From Actinomycetota bacterium (GTDB lineage Bacteria; Actinomycetota; Actinomycetes; Actinomycetales; Microbacteriaceae), in contig RFNI01000218.1 in NCBI GenBank assembly GCA_009927245.1, positions 1-34,644 of the forward strand: DNA of 34,644 nucleotides, written 5' to 3'. The first letter of the stretch is position 1. Each line of letters starts with the position of its first letter. The translations under genes and the position numbers were made by a program. Below the pieces are notes generated by a model. That model was not told the origin of the DNA and did not search any database. It saw nothing but the letters and a program-made list of their open reading frames with translations. Of the stretch, positions 11,655 through 21,030 are shown piece by piece.

Positions 11655-11978
11655 ATGAAGCTCATTGCCCTCAACCTCTGGCTTGTGCCTAGAAACTTGA
11701 TGGTTGCTTTCATTGTTACCTGGAGGAAAATAATTTCTCCTCTTTATGGAAATGTGTGCATTTATCACCCATCCTGTTCTGCTTACGGTCTAGGCTCTAT
11801 ACAGCAGCATGGTTTGATCTACGGGTCGTTATTGACTACATGGAGAATACTTCGCTGCAACCCATTTGCTAAGGGTGGCATCGACGAAGTTAAGCCTGGC
11901 CCGAGTTGGCTGAGTTTGACAAAAATAGGTTTTGTATACGCCAAGCATGCTGATGTGCTGGCGGAAAAGGATAAATAA
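11655..11978 (+). CDS. yidD: Membrane protein insertion efficiency factor YidD
   Basis: ISPLYGNVCIYHPSCSAY and RILRCNPF; lies between rnpA and yidC. Confidence 0.93.
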   Translation: MKLIALNLWLVPRNLMVAFIVTWRKIISPLYGNVCIYHPSCSAYGLGSIQQHGLIYGSLLTTWRILRCNPFAKGGIDEVKPGPSWLSLTKIGFVYAKHADVLAEKDK

Positions 11979-12922
11979 TGGACATCATTTCAGCCATTCT
12001 CTGGCCATTCAAGTGGGTTATCGAACTACTACTAGTTAGCTTCCATACCCTACTAACTACCCTGGGTCTCCCTGAAGGATCAGGTGTTACCTGGGTTCTA
12101 TCAATCGTGGGCTTGGTTCTAGTAGTTAGAGCAGCCCTGATTCCTCTGTTTATGAAGCAGATCAACTCACAGCGCTCAATGTATTTGCTGCAGCCAGACC
12201 TTCAGAAACTTCAGAAGAAGTACAAGGGTAAGTCTGACCGCGATTCACGCGAGCGCATGGCTAAAGAACAGATGGAGCTATACAAGAAGCACGGCTCAAG
12301 CCCGTTCTCATCATGTCTCCCGCTATTGGCTCAGATGCCAGTGTTCTTTTCTCTATTCACAACCCTCCAAGAAGCTCAAGGGTCTAAGCCAGGCGTTGGA
12401 CTTCTAACCCAAGACCTTTCCGATTCATTTGCAAAGTCGAAGTTCCTAGGAGCTAGCCTTTCAGAGACGTTCTTGACTGCCAGCAGTATTTCAGTGAATA
12501 TCATCGCCGGAGTCATGATTGTTCTTATGACTGGTTCACAGTTCATTACTCAACGCCAGATCATGGCTAAGAACCAGAACCCAGACATCCAAAACTCTCA
12601 GTTCGCACAGACTCAAAAGATCATGCTCTATGTATTCCCGGTGATTTTCCTGGTCTCAGGTATCTCATTCCCACTAGGTGTTCTGATCTACTGGCTAGTT
12701 TCTAACTTCTGGACCATGGGCCAGCAGTATTACGTGATTCGCCGCAGACCAACCCCTGGTTCTGTAGCGCACAACGAGCGTCAAGCTCGCCTAGAAAAGA
12801 AGGGCAAGCTTGGTCCAAAGGCCAGCGAAGAAACCCCTGAAATCGAAGCCCCTCAGCCAACCCAACGTGTCCAACCGGTATCAAAGACACGTGCCAAGAA
12901 GAAGCCGAAAGGTACAAAGTAA
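11978..12922 (+). CDS. yidC: Membrane protein insertase YidC
   Basis: VRAALIPLFMKQ, LQPDLQKLQKKY, SCLPLLAQMPVF, GVLIYWLVSNFWTMGQQ. Confidence 0.96.
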   Translation: MDIISAILWPFKWVIELLLVSFHTLLTTLGLPEGSGVTWVLSIVGLVLVVRAALIPLFMKQINSQRSMYLLQPDLQKLQKKYKGKSDRDSRERMAKEQMELYKKHGSSPFSSCLPLLAQMPVFFSLFTTLQEAQGSKPGVGLLTQDLSDSFAKSKFLGASLSETFLTASSISVNIIAGVMIVLMTGSQFITQRQIMAKNQNPDIQNSQFAQTQKIMLYVFPVIFLVSGISFPLGVLIYWLVSNFWTMGQQYYVIRRRPTPGSVAHNERQARLEKKGKLGPKASEETPEIEAPQPTQRVQPVSKTRAKKKPKGTK

Positions 12923-12928
12923 GACCAA

Positions 12929-13453
12929 ATGTCAGACGAATTAGAGACCACAGAAGTAGTAGAAACCGAACTTGCAGAGCCAAAGAGCTCCGCTAAGGAC
13001 CTTGAAGAAGAAGGCGAAGTTGCTGCTGACTACCTAGAAGAACTCCTAGACATCTTCGACCTAGACGGCGACATCAACATCGATGTCCGTCAAGGCAGAG
13101 CGTATTTGGAAGTAACAGCAGACCAGGAAAGCAACCTAAGACTCATCTCAGAGCCAGAGACTGTTGAGGCACTTCAGGAGCTAACCCGCATCGCAGTTCA
13201 GACCAAAACCCAGTCATTCAGCCGCTTGATTCTAGACATTGCCGGTTCACGCCAGGCTAAGGTCGACGCCCTTACCAAGGTTGTAAACAAAGTCATTGAC
13301 AAGGTTAAAGACACCAACGCACCTGTTGCCATGAAGCCAATGTCGTCATACGAGCGCAAGATCGCCCACGACCTAATTGGCGAAGCAGGGCTGATTTCAG
13401 AGTCTGAAGGCGAAGGCAAAGAACGCCACATTGTGGCTAAACCTGCAGAATAG
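12929..13453 (+). CDS. jag: Jag/KhpB-family RNA-binding protein (KH + R3H)
   Basis: EGEVAADYLEELLDI, ALQELTR, R3H motif PMSSYERKIAHD; lies between yidC and rsmG. Confidence 0.9.
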   Translation: MSDELETTEVVETELAEPKSSAKDLEEEGEVAADYLEELLDIFDLDGDINIDVRQGRAYLEVTADQESNLRLISEPETVEALQELTRIAVQTKTQSFSRLILDIAGSRQAKVDALTKVVNKVIDKVKDTNAPVAMKPMSSYERKIAHDLIGEAGLISESEGEGKERHIVAKPAE

Positions 13454-13466
13454 TTTCACGTGAAAC
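13453..13466. other. parS centromere site 1
   Basis: Perfect palindrome GTTTCACGTGAAAC. Confidence 0.93.
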
Positions 13467-13469
13467 ATC

Positions 13470-13500
13470 AGGCCAGGAATTCGTTCCTGGCCTTTTGTTT
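13470..13500 (+). terminator. Rho-independent terminator after jag
   Basis: AGGCCAGGAA-TTCG-TTCCTGGCCT (perfect 10-bp stem) followed by TTTGTTT. Confidence 0.85.
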
Positions 13501-13520
13501 CTCTAAGGATTGGAGCAATC

Positions 13521-14177
13521 ATGGCAAATGAGCCAGAGTCAGGTGCACCAGTGACACCTGAGGTTGAACCTGCCTCTGCCGTTGCGGTATTTGGGGAAGG
13601 TATCGAGAAAGCTCGCAAATACGCCCAATTGTTGATCAGAGATGGCGACATGTTGGGCCTTATTGGACCTAGAGAACTACCAAAGCTTTGGTCCAGACAC
13701 ATCCTGAATTCAGCGGTAGTAGCCGAGCATGTGAAGCCGGGGCTGAAAGTTGCCGATGTGGGATCAGGAGCAGGGCTACCTGGGATACCAATGGCAATAG
13801 TGCAACCTCAGGCCGAATTCGTGCTCATTGAACCAATGGAGCGTCGCGCAACCTGGCTGGCAGAAGTCGCTATCCCAGAACTGGGGCTAACCAACGTGCA
13901 AGTTTTGAGAGGGCGTGCCGAGGAAGCTCCTTTGAGAAACTACGACATCGCAACAGCAAGAGCTGTCTCAGCTCTGCCAAAACTTTTGAAGATGCTAGTC
14001 CCCCTAATTGTTCCTGGAGGTCAAATTCTTGCGCTTAAGGGATCTAAAGCAGGCGAGGAGATCGAAGAATCTAAGCCGCTAGCCAAGCGCATGAAGATTG
14101 CCGATTTCGAAGTAATTTCTGCCGGTTCACAAGTTCTTGACGAACCAACTACGGTTGTTCGAGTTACGCTACTCTAG
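13521..14177 (+). CDS. rsmG: 16S rRNA m7G527 methyltransferase RsmG (GidB)
   Basis: GLIGPRE, LWSRHILNS, SAM-binding DVGSGAGLPG, GRAEE, TARAV. Confidence 0.96.
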   Translation: MANEPESGAPVTPEVEPASAVAVFGEGIEKARKYAQLLIRDGDMLGLIGPRELPKLWSRHILNSAVVAEHVKPGLKVADVGSGAGLPGIPMAIVQPQAEFVLIEPMERRATWLAEVAIPELGLTNVQVLRGRAEEAPLRNYDIATARAVSALPKLLKMLVPLIVPGGQILALKGSKAGEEIEESKPLAKRMKIADFEVISAGSQVLDEPTTVVRVTLL

Positions 14178-14198
14178 AGACCTAGACATGGAGATATT

Positions 14199-15282
14199 TT
14201 GTCCGACGAAGTAAAAGCCTCAGAATCACTTGCTGAGCAAAGTGCTACGACGCAGCCGTCTGTTGTCGCAGGTCTTGGTTACCCTAATGGGAGAGAAGAA
14301 ACAAGCCCAGAACCTACTGGTTGGCAGGTAAATACTGTCGAAGTAACAACAATTGAGAAGCAGGTTTCACGTGAAACATCCCGATGATCTCGGTATCCCA
14401 GGCGGCTTTAAGGATGCACCTTTAGCCCAGGAGCTCAGCGACAGCACTCGAAGACTGGCTAACGTAAACTCTGCTGTAATCCCCCACCCTCAAAAGACCC
14501 GAATCTTTGCCGTATCAAATCAAAAAGGTGGAGTAGGAAAGACCACAACAGCCGTAAATATCGCTGTTGGTCTAGCTAACAAAGGCATGCAAGTACTTGT
14601 TATCGATCTTGACCCACAGGGTAACGCTTCAACCGCGCTTGGCATCGAGCACCGCGTAGGCACCCCTTCAACATTCGATGTACTGGTAAACGACAAGAGC
14701 ATCGCTGATGTAGCTCAACTCAGCCCTGAATCTCCAGGAGTTAGATGCGTACCAGCCACGATCGATCTTGCCGTCGCTGAACTAAAGCTTTATTCAGTAC
14801 TTTCAAGAGAACACAGGCTCAAGAACGCTATTCAGCGCTATCTAGAAACCCTAGATACCCCTCTGGACTACGTTTTCATTGACTGTCCCCCTAGCCTTGG
14901 CCTATTGACCATCAACGCCTTCACTGCTGCGACTGAGGTTCTTATTCCAATCCAGTGTGAGTACTACGCTCTTGAGGGACTCAGCCAGCTGAAGCTGACA
15001 ATCGATGACATCAGAGTGCAACTAAACCCCACACTTGAACTCGCAACCATCATCTTGACCATGTATGACGCCAGAACCAAGCTAAACGCAGCTGTTGTCG
15101 AGGATGTTAAGTCTCACTTCCCTAACCAAACCCTTGAAACTTTGATTCCGCGCCAGATCGGCGTTGCAGAGGCACCAGGTTACGGGCAAACAGTGATTAA
15201 CTATGACCGCAGCGCAACCGGTGCGATTGCATACATGGAAGCTGCTATTGAATTGGCTAACAGAGGAGCACGTAATGGCTGA
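14199..15282 (+). CDS. parA: Chromosome partitioning ATPase ParA/Soj (probable start TTG 14199 with a +1 indel at ~14381; uninterrupted ORF 14353..15282)
   Basis: NQKGGVGKTTT deviant Walker A, DLDPQGNAS, IDCPPSLG, PIQCEYYALEG, EAPGYG. The upstream 62-aa ORF has SD GGAG and reads parS as VSRET. The start position is less certain than the identity. Confidence 0.9.
14364..14377. other. parS centromere site 2 (within the 5' part of parA)
   Basis: Perfect palindrome GTTTCACGTGAAAC. Confidence 0.93.
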
Positions 15283-16228
15283 GAAAAAAGGTGGATTGGG
15301 CAGAGGCATCGGAGCATTGATTCCTGAGGCCACTTCTCAGGATCGCATGGAGAGACCAGCTGACGGTAACCCAATCAGCGTATTTTTCGGAGGCTCTTCA
15401 AACGCACCTGCTGACTTGCTTCCTGTTCCTGGAGCAACTTTTGGTTTCCTCAACATCGACGACATCACACCAAACGCCAAGCAACCTAGAAGCAACTTCG
15501 ATCCTGACGATTTCGCTGAATTAGTTGGTAGCATCAAGGAATTCGGCGTACTTCAGCCAATCTCGGTTCGTTCACTTGGTAAACAGAATGGTGTAGACAA
15601 GTACGAACTAATCATGGGCGAGCGACGTCTACGCGCATCAAAGGCTGCTGGACTTGCCCAGATCCCAGCTGTTATACGTGAAACCGGCGACGAAAACATG
15701 CTTCGCGACGCTTTGCTTGAGAACCTCCACCGCAGCGACCTAAACGCTATTGAAGAAGCTAGCGCTTACCAACAACTTCTTGAGGAATATGGCTGCACCC
15801 AGGAGCAATTGGCAGAAAAACTTTCAAGATCTAGACCACAAATCACTAACACTTTGAGACTTTTGAAGCTCCCAACAGCACTGCAGAGCAAAGTTGCAGC
15901 TGGAGTTCTAAGTGCAGGTCACGCTAGAGCTATTTTGTCTTTTGAAAACGAAACTCAGATGACTGAGTTGGCTGACAAGGTCATCAACCTAGGGCTCTCT
16001 GTTAGAGCAACCGAAGAATTAGCTAAAACTCCAACCAGAAAGGGCAAAGTTAAGGTTGGCGGTAAGCAACAAGCCCTCAAGACACTGGCTGATTCGATTG
16101 GTGATCGACTAAATACTTCAGTTCGAATCAAGTTGGGGCTCAAGAAGGGCACAATCGAAATTGATTTCGCCAGCGTTGATGATCTGAACCGAATTCTTGA
16201 CGAACTAGGCCACAAAGACAAGTATTAG
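15275..16228 (+). CDS. parB: Chromosome partitioning protein ParB (start ATG 15275)
   Basis: SD AGGAG; MAEKKGGLGRGIGALIP, GVLQPI, CTP-binding GERRLRA, ENLHRSDLN, HTH SRPQITNTLRLL. Confidence 0.96.
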   Translation: MAEKKGGLGRGIGALIPEATSQDRMERPADGNPISVFFGGSSNAPADLLPVPGATFGFLNIDDITPNAKQPRSNFDPDDFAELVGSIKEFGVLQPISVRSLGKQNGVDKYELIMGERRLRASKAAGLAQIPAVIRETGDENMLRDALLENLHRSDLNAIEEASAYQQLLEEYGCTQEQLAEKLSRSRPQITNTLRLLKLPTALQSKVAAGVLSAGHARAILSFENETQMTELADKVINLGLSVRATEELAKTPTRKGKVKVGGKQQALKTLADSIGDRLNTSVRIKLGLKKGTIEIDFASVDDLNRILDELGHKDKY

Positions 16229-16232
16229 TGGC

Positions 16233-16310
16233 TGTGGATAGTTATCCACAAGTTATACACAAGCTTTGCACAAGGTTTTCCACAGGTTTCTAACCGTTAA
16301 CTGTGGATAA
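16233..16310. repeat. DnaA-box cluster between convergent parB and the aminotransferase gene
   Basis: TGTGGATAG 16233, TTATCCACA 16242, TTATACACA 16253, CTTTGCACA 16264, TTTTCCACA 16276, TGTGGATAA 16302. Confidence 0.85.
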
Positions 16311-17507
16311 CTCCTCATGGATTGTCTCAGCCAAGCGCTCTACCCCAACCCGAATATTTTCTGGAGTTGGGTATGAGTACGAAATTCTTAAGTATTCTTG
16401 ACCTGTTCCGTTTCCATAGAACGCAGTTCCGGGCGTGTAAGCGACGAGATTCTCAACAGCTCGAGGCAACATGGTCTTCGAATTGATCCCCTCAGGCAGA
16501 TCAACCCACAGGTAGAAACCTCCACCAGGGTTGGTTGTGGTCAAATCAGGCAAGAATTCCTTCATCGCAGCTTGAGCTGCGTCTCTTCTTTGCTTGTATT
16601 CCCCGCGGAATACCTCAATCTGAGCTTTCCAGTCGTTGTTGCTCAGGTATTCACTGATCATCATCTGGCTGAAAGCACTAGGGCAGAGAACTGCTGACTC
16701 ATTTGCAAGCACAAGTTTCTCTCTGATGCTTGGTGGCGCTAATACGTAACCAACTCTGAATCCTGGAACAAGAATCTTTGAGAAGCTACCTAGATAGATC
16801 ACGCCATCTTCATCTAGAGAACGAAGAGCATCAGGTGCTCGGTCTTCGAAATACAGCAGTCCATACACGTTGTCTTCAAGGACAAGGATGTGATGCTTTC
16901 GGCAAATCTCAAGAACCTTAGCTCTTCTGTTTGCACTCAGTGTTACACCACTTGGGTTAGCAAAGTTAGGAACTAAGTATAAGAACTTGATCTTCTTACC
17001 TGCTGCTTGAACTCTTTCGATTGTGCTGGTCAATGCTTCAGGTGAAATACCTTCGAGGTCTGTGTATACGTGTTCGATGTGAGCCTGTCTTGCTCTAAAT
17101 ACTCCAAGGGCACCGACATAGCTTGGTCCTTCAGCAAGAACAACGTCACCTGGATCTAGAAAGAGTGATGAGACTAGGTCAAGACCGTGCTGAGAACCAG
17201 TGGTAATCACGATGTCGTCGACGTTGCTCTTGATTCCTTCAAGCCCCATGATCTCTCGGATGTGTTCACGAAGGATTGGGTCACCCTGTCCACCTGAATA
17301 CTGCAGTGCAAGGTTTGATCGATCAGCCATCAACGTGTTGAAGCTTTCAATCATTCGCTCTTTAGGAAGTGCTGGAACAAATGGCATACCACCGGCAAGG
17401 GAAACGACTTCAGGACGTGAAACAACTGCAAACAACGCTCGCACTTCAGAGGCTGATAGGCCATTGGCACGTGAAGCGTAGTTGTCAGACCACAGATCTT
17501 TTGTCAT
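16290..17507 (-). CDS. PLP-dependent class I/II aminotransferase (LysN/MocR-like subfamily)
   Basis: VVSLAGGMP, ITTGSQ, VPNFANPSG, EDNVY, PLP-lysine motif GSFSKILVPGFRVG. Substrate not determinable. Confidence 0.88.
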   Translation of the reverse strand: MTKDLWSDNYASRANGLSASEVRALFAVVSRPEVVSLAGGMPFVPALPKERMIESFNTLMADRSNLALQYSGGQGDPILREHIREIMGLEGIKSNVDDIVITTGSQHGLDLVSSLFLDPGDVVLAEGPSYVGALGVFRARQAHIEHVYTDLEGISPEALTSTIERVQAAGKKIKFLYLVPNFANPSGVTLSANRRAKVLEICRKHHILVLEDNVYGLLYFEDRAPDALRSLDEDGVIYLGSFSKILVPGFRVGYVLAPPSIREKLVLANESAVLCPSAFSQMMISEYLSNNDWKAQIEVFRGEYKQRRDAAQAAMKEFLPDLTTTNPGGGFYLWVDLPEGINSKTMLPRAVENLVAYTPGTAFYGNGTGQEYLRISYSYPTPENIRVGVERLAETIHEELSTVNG

Positions 17508-17534
17508 GTCGGTTCCTTAGTGTTCATGTTAAAG

Positions 17535-17570
17535 AAAACGGCTATAGGGCGTAGGCCCCATAGCCGTTTT
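17535..17570 (-). terminator. Terminator hairpin after trxA
   Basis: AAAACGGCTAT...ATAGCCGTTTT inverted repeat with an inner GGGC/GCCC pair, just downstream of the trxA stop. Confidence 0.75.
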
Positions 17571-17583
17571 GCTTAGAACTAAT

Positions 17584-17907
17584 TTAGTTGATGAACTCGC
17601 TCAAATCAGCCATAAGCTGTGGCTTTGGCTTCGCGCCAACAATTGACTTCACTACTTCTCCACCCTGGAACACCTGAAGTGCAGGGATTGAGGTGATGCC
17701 ATACTGCTGAGCTAGTGCAGGCTCTTCGTCAACGTTTACCTTGACGATGGTTAGCTTCTCGCCGTGTTCTGATGAAATCTCATCGAGGATAGGGGAGACC
17801 ATGCGGCATGGACCACACCACTCTGCCCAGAAATCTACTAATACTGGCTTGCCTGAAGACAGGACATCGGCCTGGAATGTTGCTGTGGTTACGCTCTTTG
17901 CTGACAT
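17584..17907 (-). CDS. trxA: Thioredoxin
   Basis: VDFWAEWCGPC active site; 107 aa. Confidence 0.98.
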   Translation of the reverse strand: MSAKSVTTATFQADVLSSGKPVLVDFWAEWCGPCRMVSPILDEISSEHGEKLTIVKVNVDEEPALAQQYGITSIPALQVFQGGEVVKSIVGAKPKPQLMADLSEFIN

Positions 17908-17929
17908 GGTTGCTCCTTGTTTAGTAACT

Positions 17930-18853
17930 CTATTTTACGTCGGCTAGATAGTGTTCAGCGTCCAAAGCTGCGACACAACCAGAACCTGCTGCTGTGATTG
18001 CCTGACGGTATGTTGGGTCGATAACATCACCACAGGCGAAGACACCAGGCAAGGAAGTTTTTGAAGATCTTCCTTCAACCTTGATGAATTTCTCAGCTGT
18101 TAGTTCTACCTGGTTTTCAACCAACCAAACGCGAGGATCATTTCCAACTGCGATGAATAGACCGTCTAGGTCAAGCTGCTTAGTTGAGCCATCAACAGTG
18201 TTTCTCGTGATGATTCCAGAAAGCTTTCCTTCACCTAGAAGTTCAGCAACTTCGGTGTTCCAAACAACTTCAATCTTTGGATTAGCAAGAGCTCTCTCCT
18301 GCATGATCTTTGATGCCTTGAAGGTGTCTCTTCTGTGGATCAGATAAACCTTTGAAGCAAAGCGGGTTAGGAAGTTAGCTTCCTCCATTGCAGAATCTCC
18401 ACCACCGATAACAGCGATGGTCTTCTCTCTAAAGAAGAATCCATCACAGGTAGCGCACCATGAAACTCCGTGACCGCTAAGTTCCTTTTCCTTTGGAAGA
18501 CCTAGTTCACGATAAGCAGCACCAGTTGCCAAGATCACTGTCTTAGCTTCGAAGGTTTGACCGCCACCAGTCTTTACGATCTTGATGGCGCCGGTTAGGT
18601 CAACTTCAATAACGTCATCTAGTAGAACTTCTGTGCCGAAGCGTTCAGCCTGTGCTCTGAAGGCATCCATTAGTTCTGGACCTTGAAGACCGGTTGGGAA
18701 ACCAGGGTAGTTCTCGACTTCGGTGGTCTTCATTAGCTCACCACCTGCTTCAACAGATGAAGCGATAAGCAACGGGTTAAGACCTGCTCGTGCTGTGTAT
18801 ATGCCAGCGGTGTATCCAGCTGGACCTGAGCCGATGATGATTACTTCGCGCAA
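17930..18853 (-). CDS. trxB: Thioredoxin-disulfide reductase
   Basis: GSGPAG, CATCDG, GGGDSAMEEA, GVFACGDV, YRQAITAAGSG; TTG start with SD GGAG. Confidence 0.98.
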   Translation of the reverse strand: MREVIIIGSGPAGYTAGIYTARAGLNPLLIASSVEAGGELMKTTEVENYPGFPTGLQGPELMDAFRAQAERFGTEVLLDDVIEVDLTGAIKIVKTGGGQTFEAKTVILATGAAYRELGLPKEKELSGHGVSWCATCDGFFFREKTIAVIGGGDSAMEEANFLTRFASKVYLIHRRDTFKASKIMQERALANPKIEVVWNTEVAELLGEGKLSGIITRNTVDGSTKQLDLDGLFIAVGNDPRVWLVENQVELTAEKFIKVEGRSSKTSLPGVFACGDVIDPTYRQAITAAGSGCVAALDAEHYLADVK

Positions 18854-18913
18854 AATATGACTCCAAAAGTAGGGAACTAGTCGAGGTGACTAGGGCAAGT
18901 TTATCTTTACTAC

Positions 18914-20551
18914 TTATCGTTTGAGCAGAGCCCGAATTGGTTTTATTAGTGTGTCAATTTCTTCTGACTTCAGGACCTTCAAAATCACTAGATAAGAGAT
19001 TGTCATTACCCCACCGATGAGCAAACAGGTAAGTCCTGCAGCCAAAACATTTAGTACCGGGAATGCACCTGGGTGAGCACCACCAAGAGCTTGAAGAATT
19101 GCAAAACCTAGCAATCCTGAAATCACACCCGCGATTACAAACTTCAGTGTTGCCATGCTCAGATGAGAGTGTCCTAGAGACCCGAACTTTCTCTTGAACA
19201 TGAAGAAAGCGAGCACAGCCTGAATACAAATACCACCACTTGTTACAAGTGCTAGACCAACTACTAACCAGACTGGTTCAACATACATTGCAACAATCAG
19301 TGAACCTGTAACGGTGAAGAATGTTTGGACAGCTGTAAAGATGAAAGGAGTTCGGGTGTCTTCAAGTGAATAAAAAGCTCGTTGAATCATGAAGACATAA
19401 CTGAATGGAAGTAATCCAACCACCATGGCGATAACAACATTTCCCAAAGCAATTGCGCTTGGTATCTCACCGACGAAAACTCTAGAGATTGGATATGCGA
19501 GAACTATCAAACCTGTTGTTGCTAACACACTGATCATCGCAATAGTTCTTAGACCATCAGCAAGGTCTGTCTTTAGTTCATCAAACTTCTTCTCAACTGC
19601 GTGAGTGGACATTCTGGTGAAGTATGCAGTTGCAATAGAAACTGTTGCCACCGAATGAGGCAACATAAATATCAACCAGGCAATACCCATAGCCGCAACA
19701 GATGCGATAGCAACGTATTGACCGTTGATCATTTCACGTCCACCAACAGCTGTTGATGCAACCGAGGTTTGAACGATTCCACCTATTTGTGTAATTAGGA
19801 GCATCCCTAAAGTCCAGGAAGCTGTTCGCATTGCCGGAGCAAGACCAACACCCTTCCAACCAAAGTTCAGGTTAAAGGTGAGACCCATCTTCTTCCAGAA
19901 CAGGAAGAGAATGAGTGCTTGAGAAGCAACACCAAATGTTGCTGTTCCAGCTAGCAGAGAAATCTGCGCCTGGGTCCAATCTTCAACAGACTGTTTACCG
20001 GTTGGGTCTAAACCGAACTGCCAAATGAAAGCACCCATACCTGCGATAGCAACGATGTTGTTTAGTACCGGTGCCCACATAAACGGGCCAAACCTGCTTC
20101 TAGCATTTAGCACTTCACCCAAGAGTGTGTATAGACCGTAGAAGAAGAGCTGCGGCAGACACCAGTACGCAAAGGCTGTAGCTAGAGCCATTTGGGACTG
20201 CGACCAACCATCGGTGTATAGAGCAACGAGTAGTGGAGCAGCCAGGGTAGTCAGTACTGTGATAGCTCCGAACACAGTGATTGCAAGGGTTAGCAAGCGA
20301 TCGATGTATGCCTTACCACCATCAGCATGCAGTCGTGCTCTAACTATTTGTGGAACTAGAACTGCGTTTAGGACACCACCGACGATGATTGCGTAGACGT
20401 TGTTAGGTAGTTGGTTAGCAACACCAAATGCGTCAGCAGCGTTGGTGGTAACACCGATGGTGGCAGCAAGCATGATTGCTCTAATGATTCCCAGTACTCG
20501 AGAGAATACGGTTCCACTTGCCATGATCAACGAAGAACGAACTACACTCAT
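18914..20551 (-). CDS. murJ: Lipid II flippase MurJ (MviN), no kinase-like extension
   Basis: SLIMASGTVFSRVLG, ANQLPN, GGVLNAVLVPQIV, RAFYSLEDTRTP; many TM helices. Confidence 0.93.
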   Translation of the reverse strand: MSVVRSSLIMASGTVFSRVLGIIRAIMLAATIGVTTNAADAFGVANQLPNNVYAIIVGGVLNAVLVPQIVRARLHADGGKAYIDRLLTLAITVFGAITVLTTLAAPLLVALYTDGWSQSQMALATAFAYWCLPQLFFYGLYTLLGEVLNARSRFGPFMWAPVLNNIVAIAGMGAFIWQFGLDPTGKQSVEDWTQAQISLLAGTATFGVASQALILFLFWKKMGLTFNLNFGWKGVGLAPAMRTASWTLGMLLITQIGGIVQTSVASTAVGGREMINGQYVAIASVAAMGIAWLIFMLPHSVATVSIATAYFTRMSTHAVEKKFDELKTDLADGLRTIAMISVLATTGLIVLAYPISRVFVGEIPSAIALGNVVIAMVVGLLPFSYVFMIQRAFYSLEDTRTPFIFTAVQTFFTVTGSLIVAMYVEPVWLVVGLALVTSGGICIQAVLAFFMFKRKFGSLGHSHLSMATLKFVIAGVISGLLGFAILQALGGAHPGAFPVLNVLAAGLTCLLIGGVMTISYLVILKVLKSEEIDTLIKPIRALLKR

Positions 20552-21030
20552 GCGCTCACTCTTCTACGCATACGAATAATTCCAAGAGCTAAAAGAATTG
20601 CAATTAGTCCAGCAAAACCAAATAGTAGATATAGTTCGATATCTGGATTAGCAGTCAACTTGATTTCAGTTGTTTGACCTAAACGAAGATCAGTGAAAGT
20701 TGTGACCCAAACTTTGACAGTGAAAGAACCCGCAGAGATGGCAGTGATTGGAACGAGAGCATCTTTTCTTGAGTTGGCTGGGATTGTTACTGAAACATAC
20801 TCTTGAACATTTAGTGCAGGGTTGGTTGTCTTTGCGTGCACTCTAACTTTGATTGGTCTGTCGTAATTGTTCTGAACAGAAATAGGAACTTTGGATTCAC
20901 GAGAAACCATATTGATATCTGACCCAGGCACAATGTATACCTGCGCTGGTGGGAGAGCAGCATTAGCCTGCGGTGTGAGAGTCAGAAATGACAAACACAG
21001 AGCAGTAAGCAAGATCAACTTACGTTTCAT
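20548..21030 (-). CDS. Small exported, membrane-anchored protein resembling the C-terminal part of DUF6049 proteins (160 aa from ATG 21030)
   Basis: Signal peptide MKRKLILL...QANA, beta-rich domain, C-terminal TM helix plus RMRRR. ATGA overlaps with both neighbours. The family call rests on synteny and recalled similarity. Confidence 0.65.
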   Translation of the reverse strand: MKRKLILLTALCLSFLTLTPQANAALPPAQVYIVPGSDINMVSRESKVPISVQNNYDRPIKVRVHAKTTNPALNVQEYVSVTIPANSRKDALVPITAISAGSFTVKVWVTTFTDLRLGQTTEIKLTANPDIELYLLFGFAGLIAILLALGIIRMRRRVSA

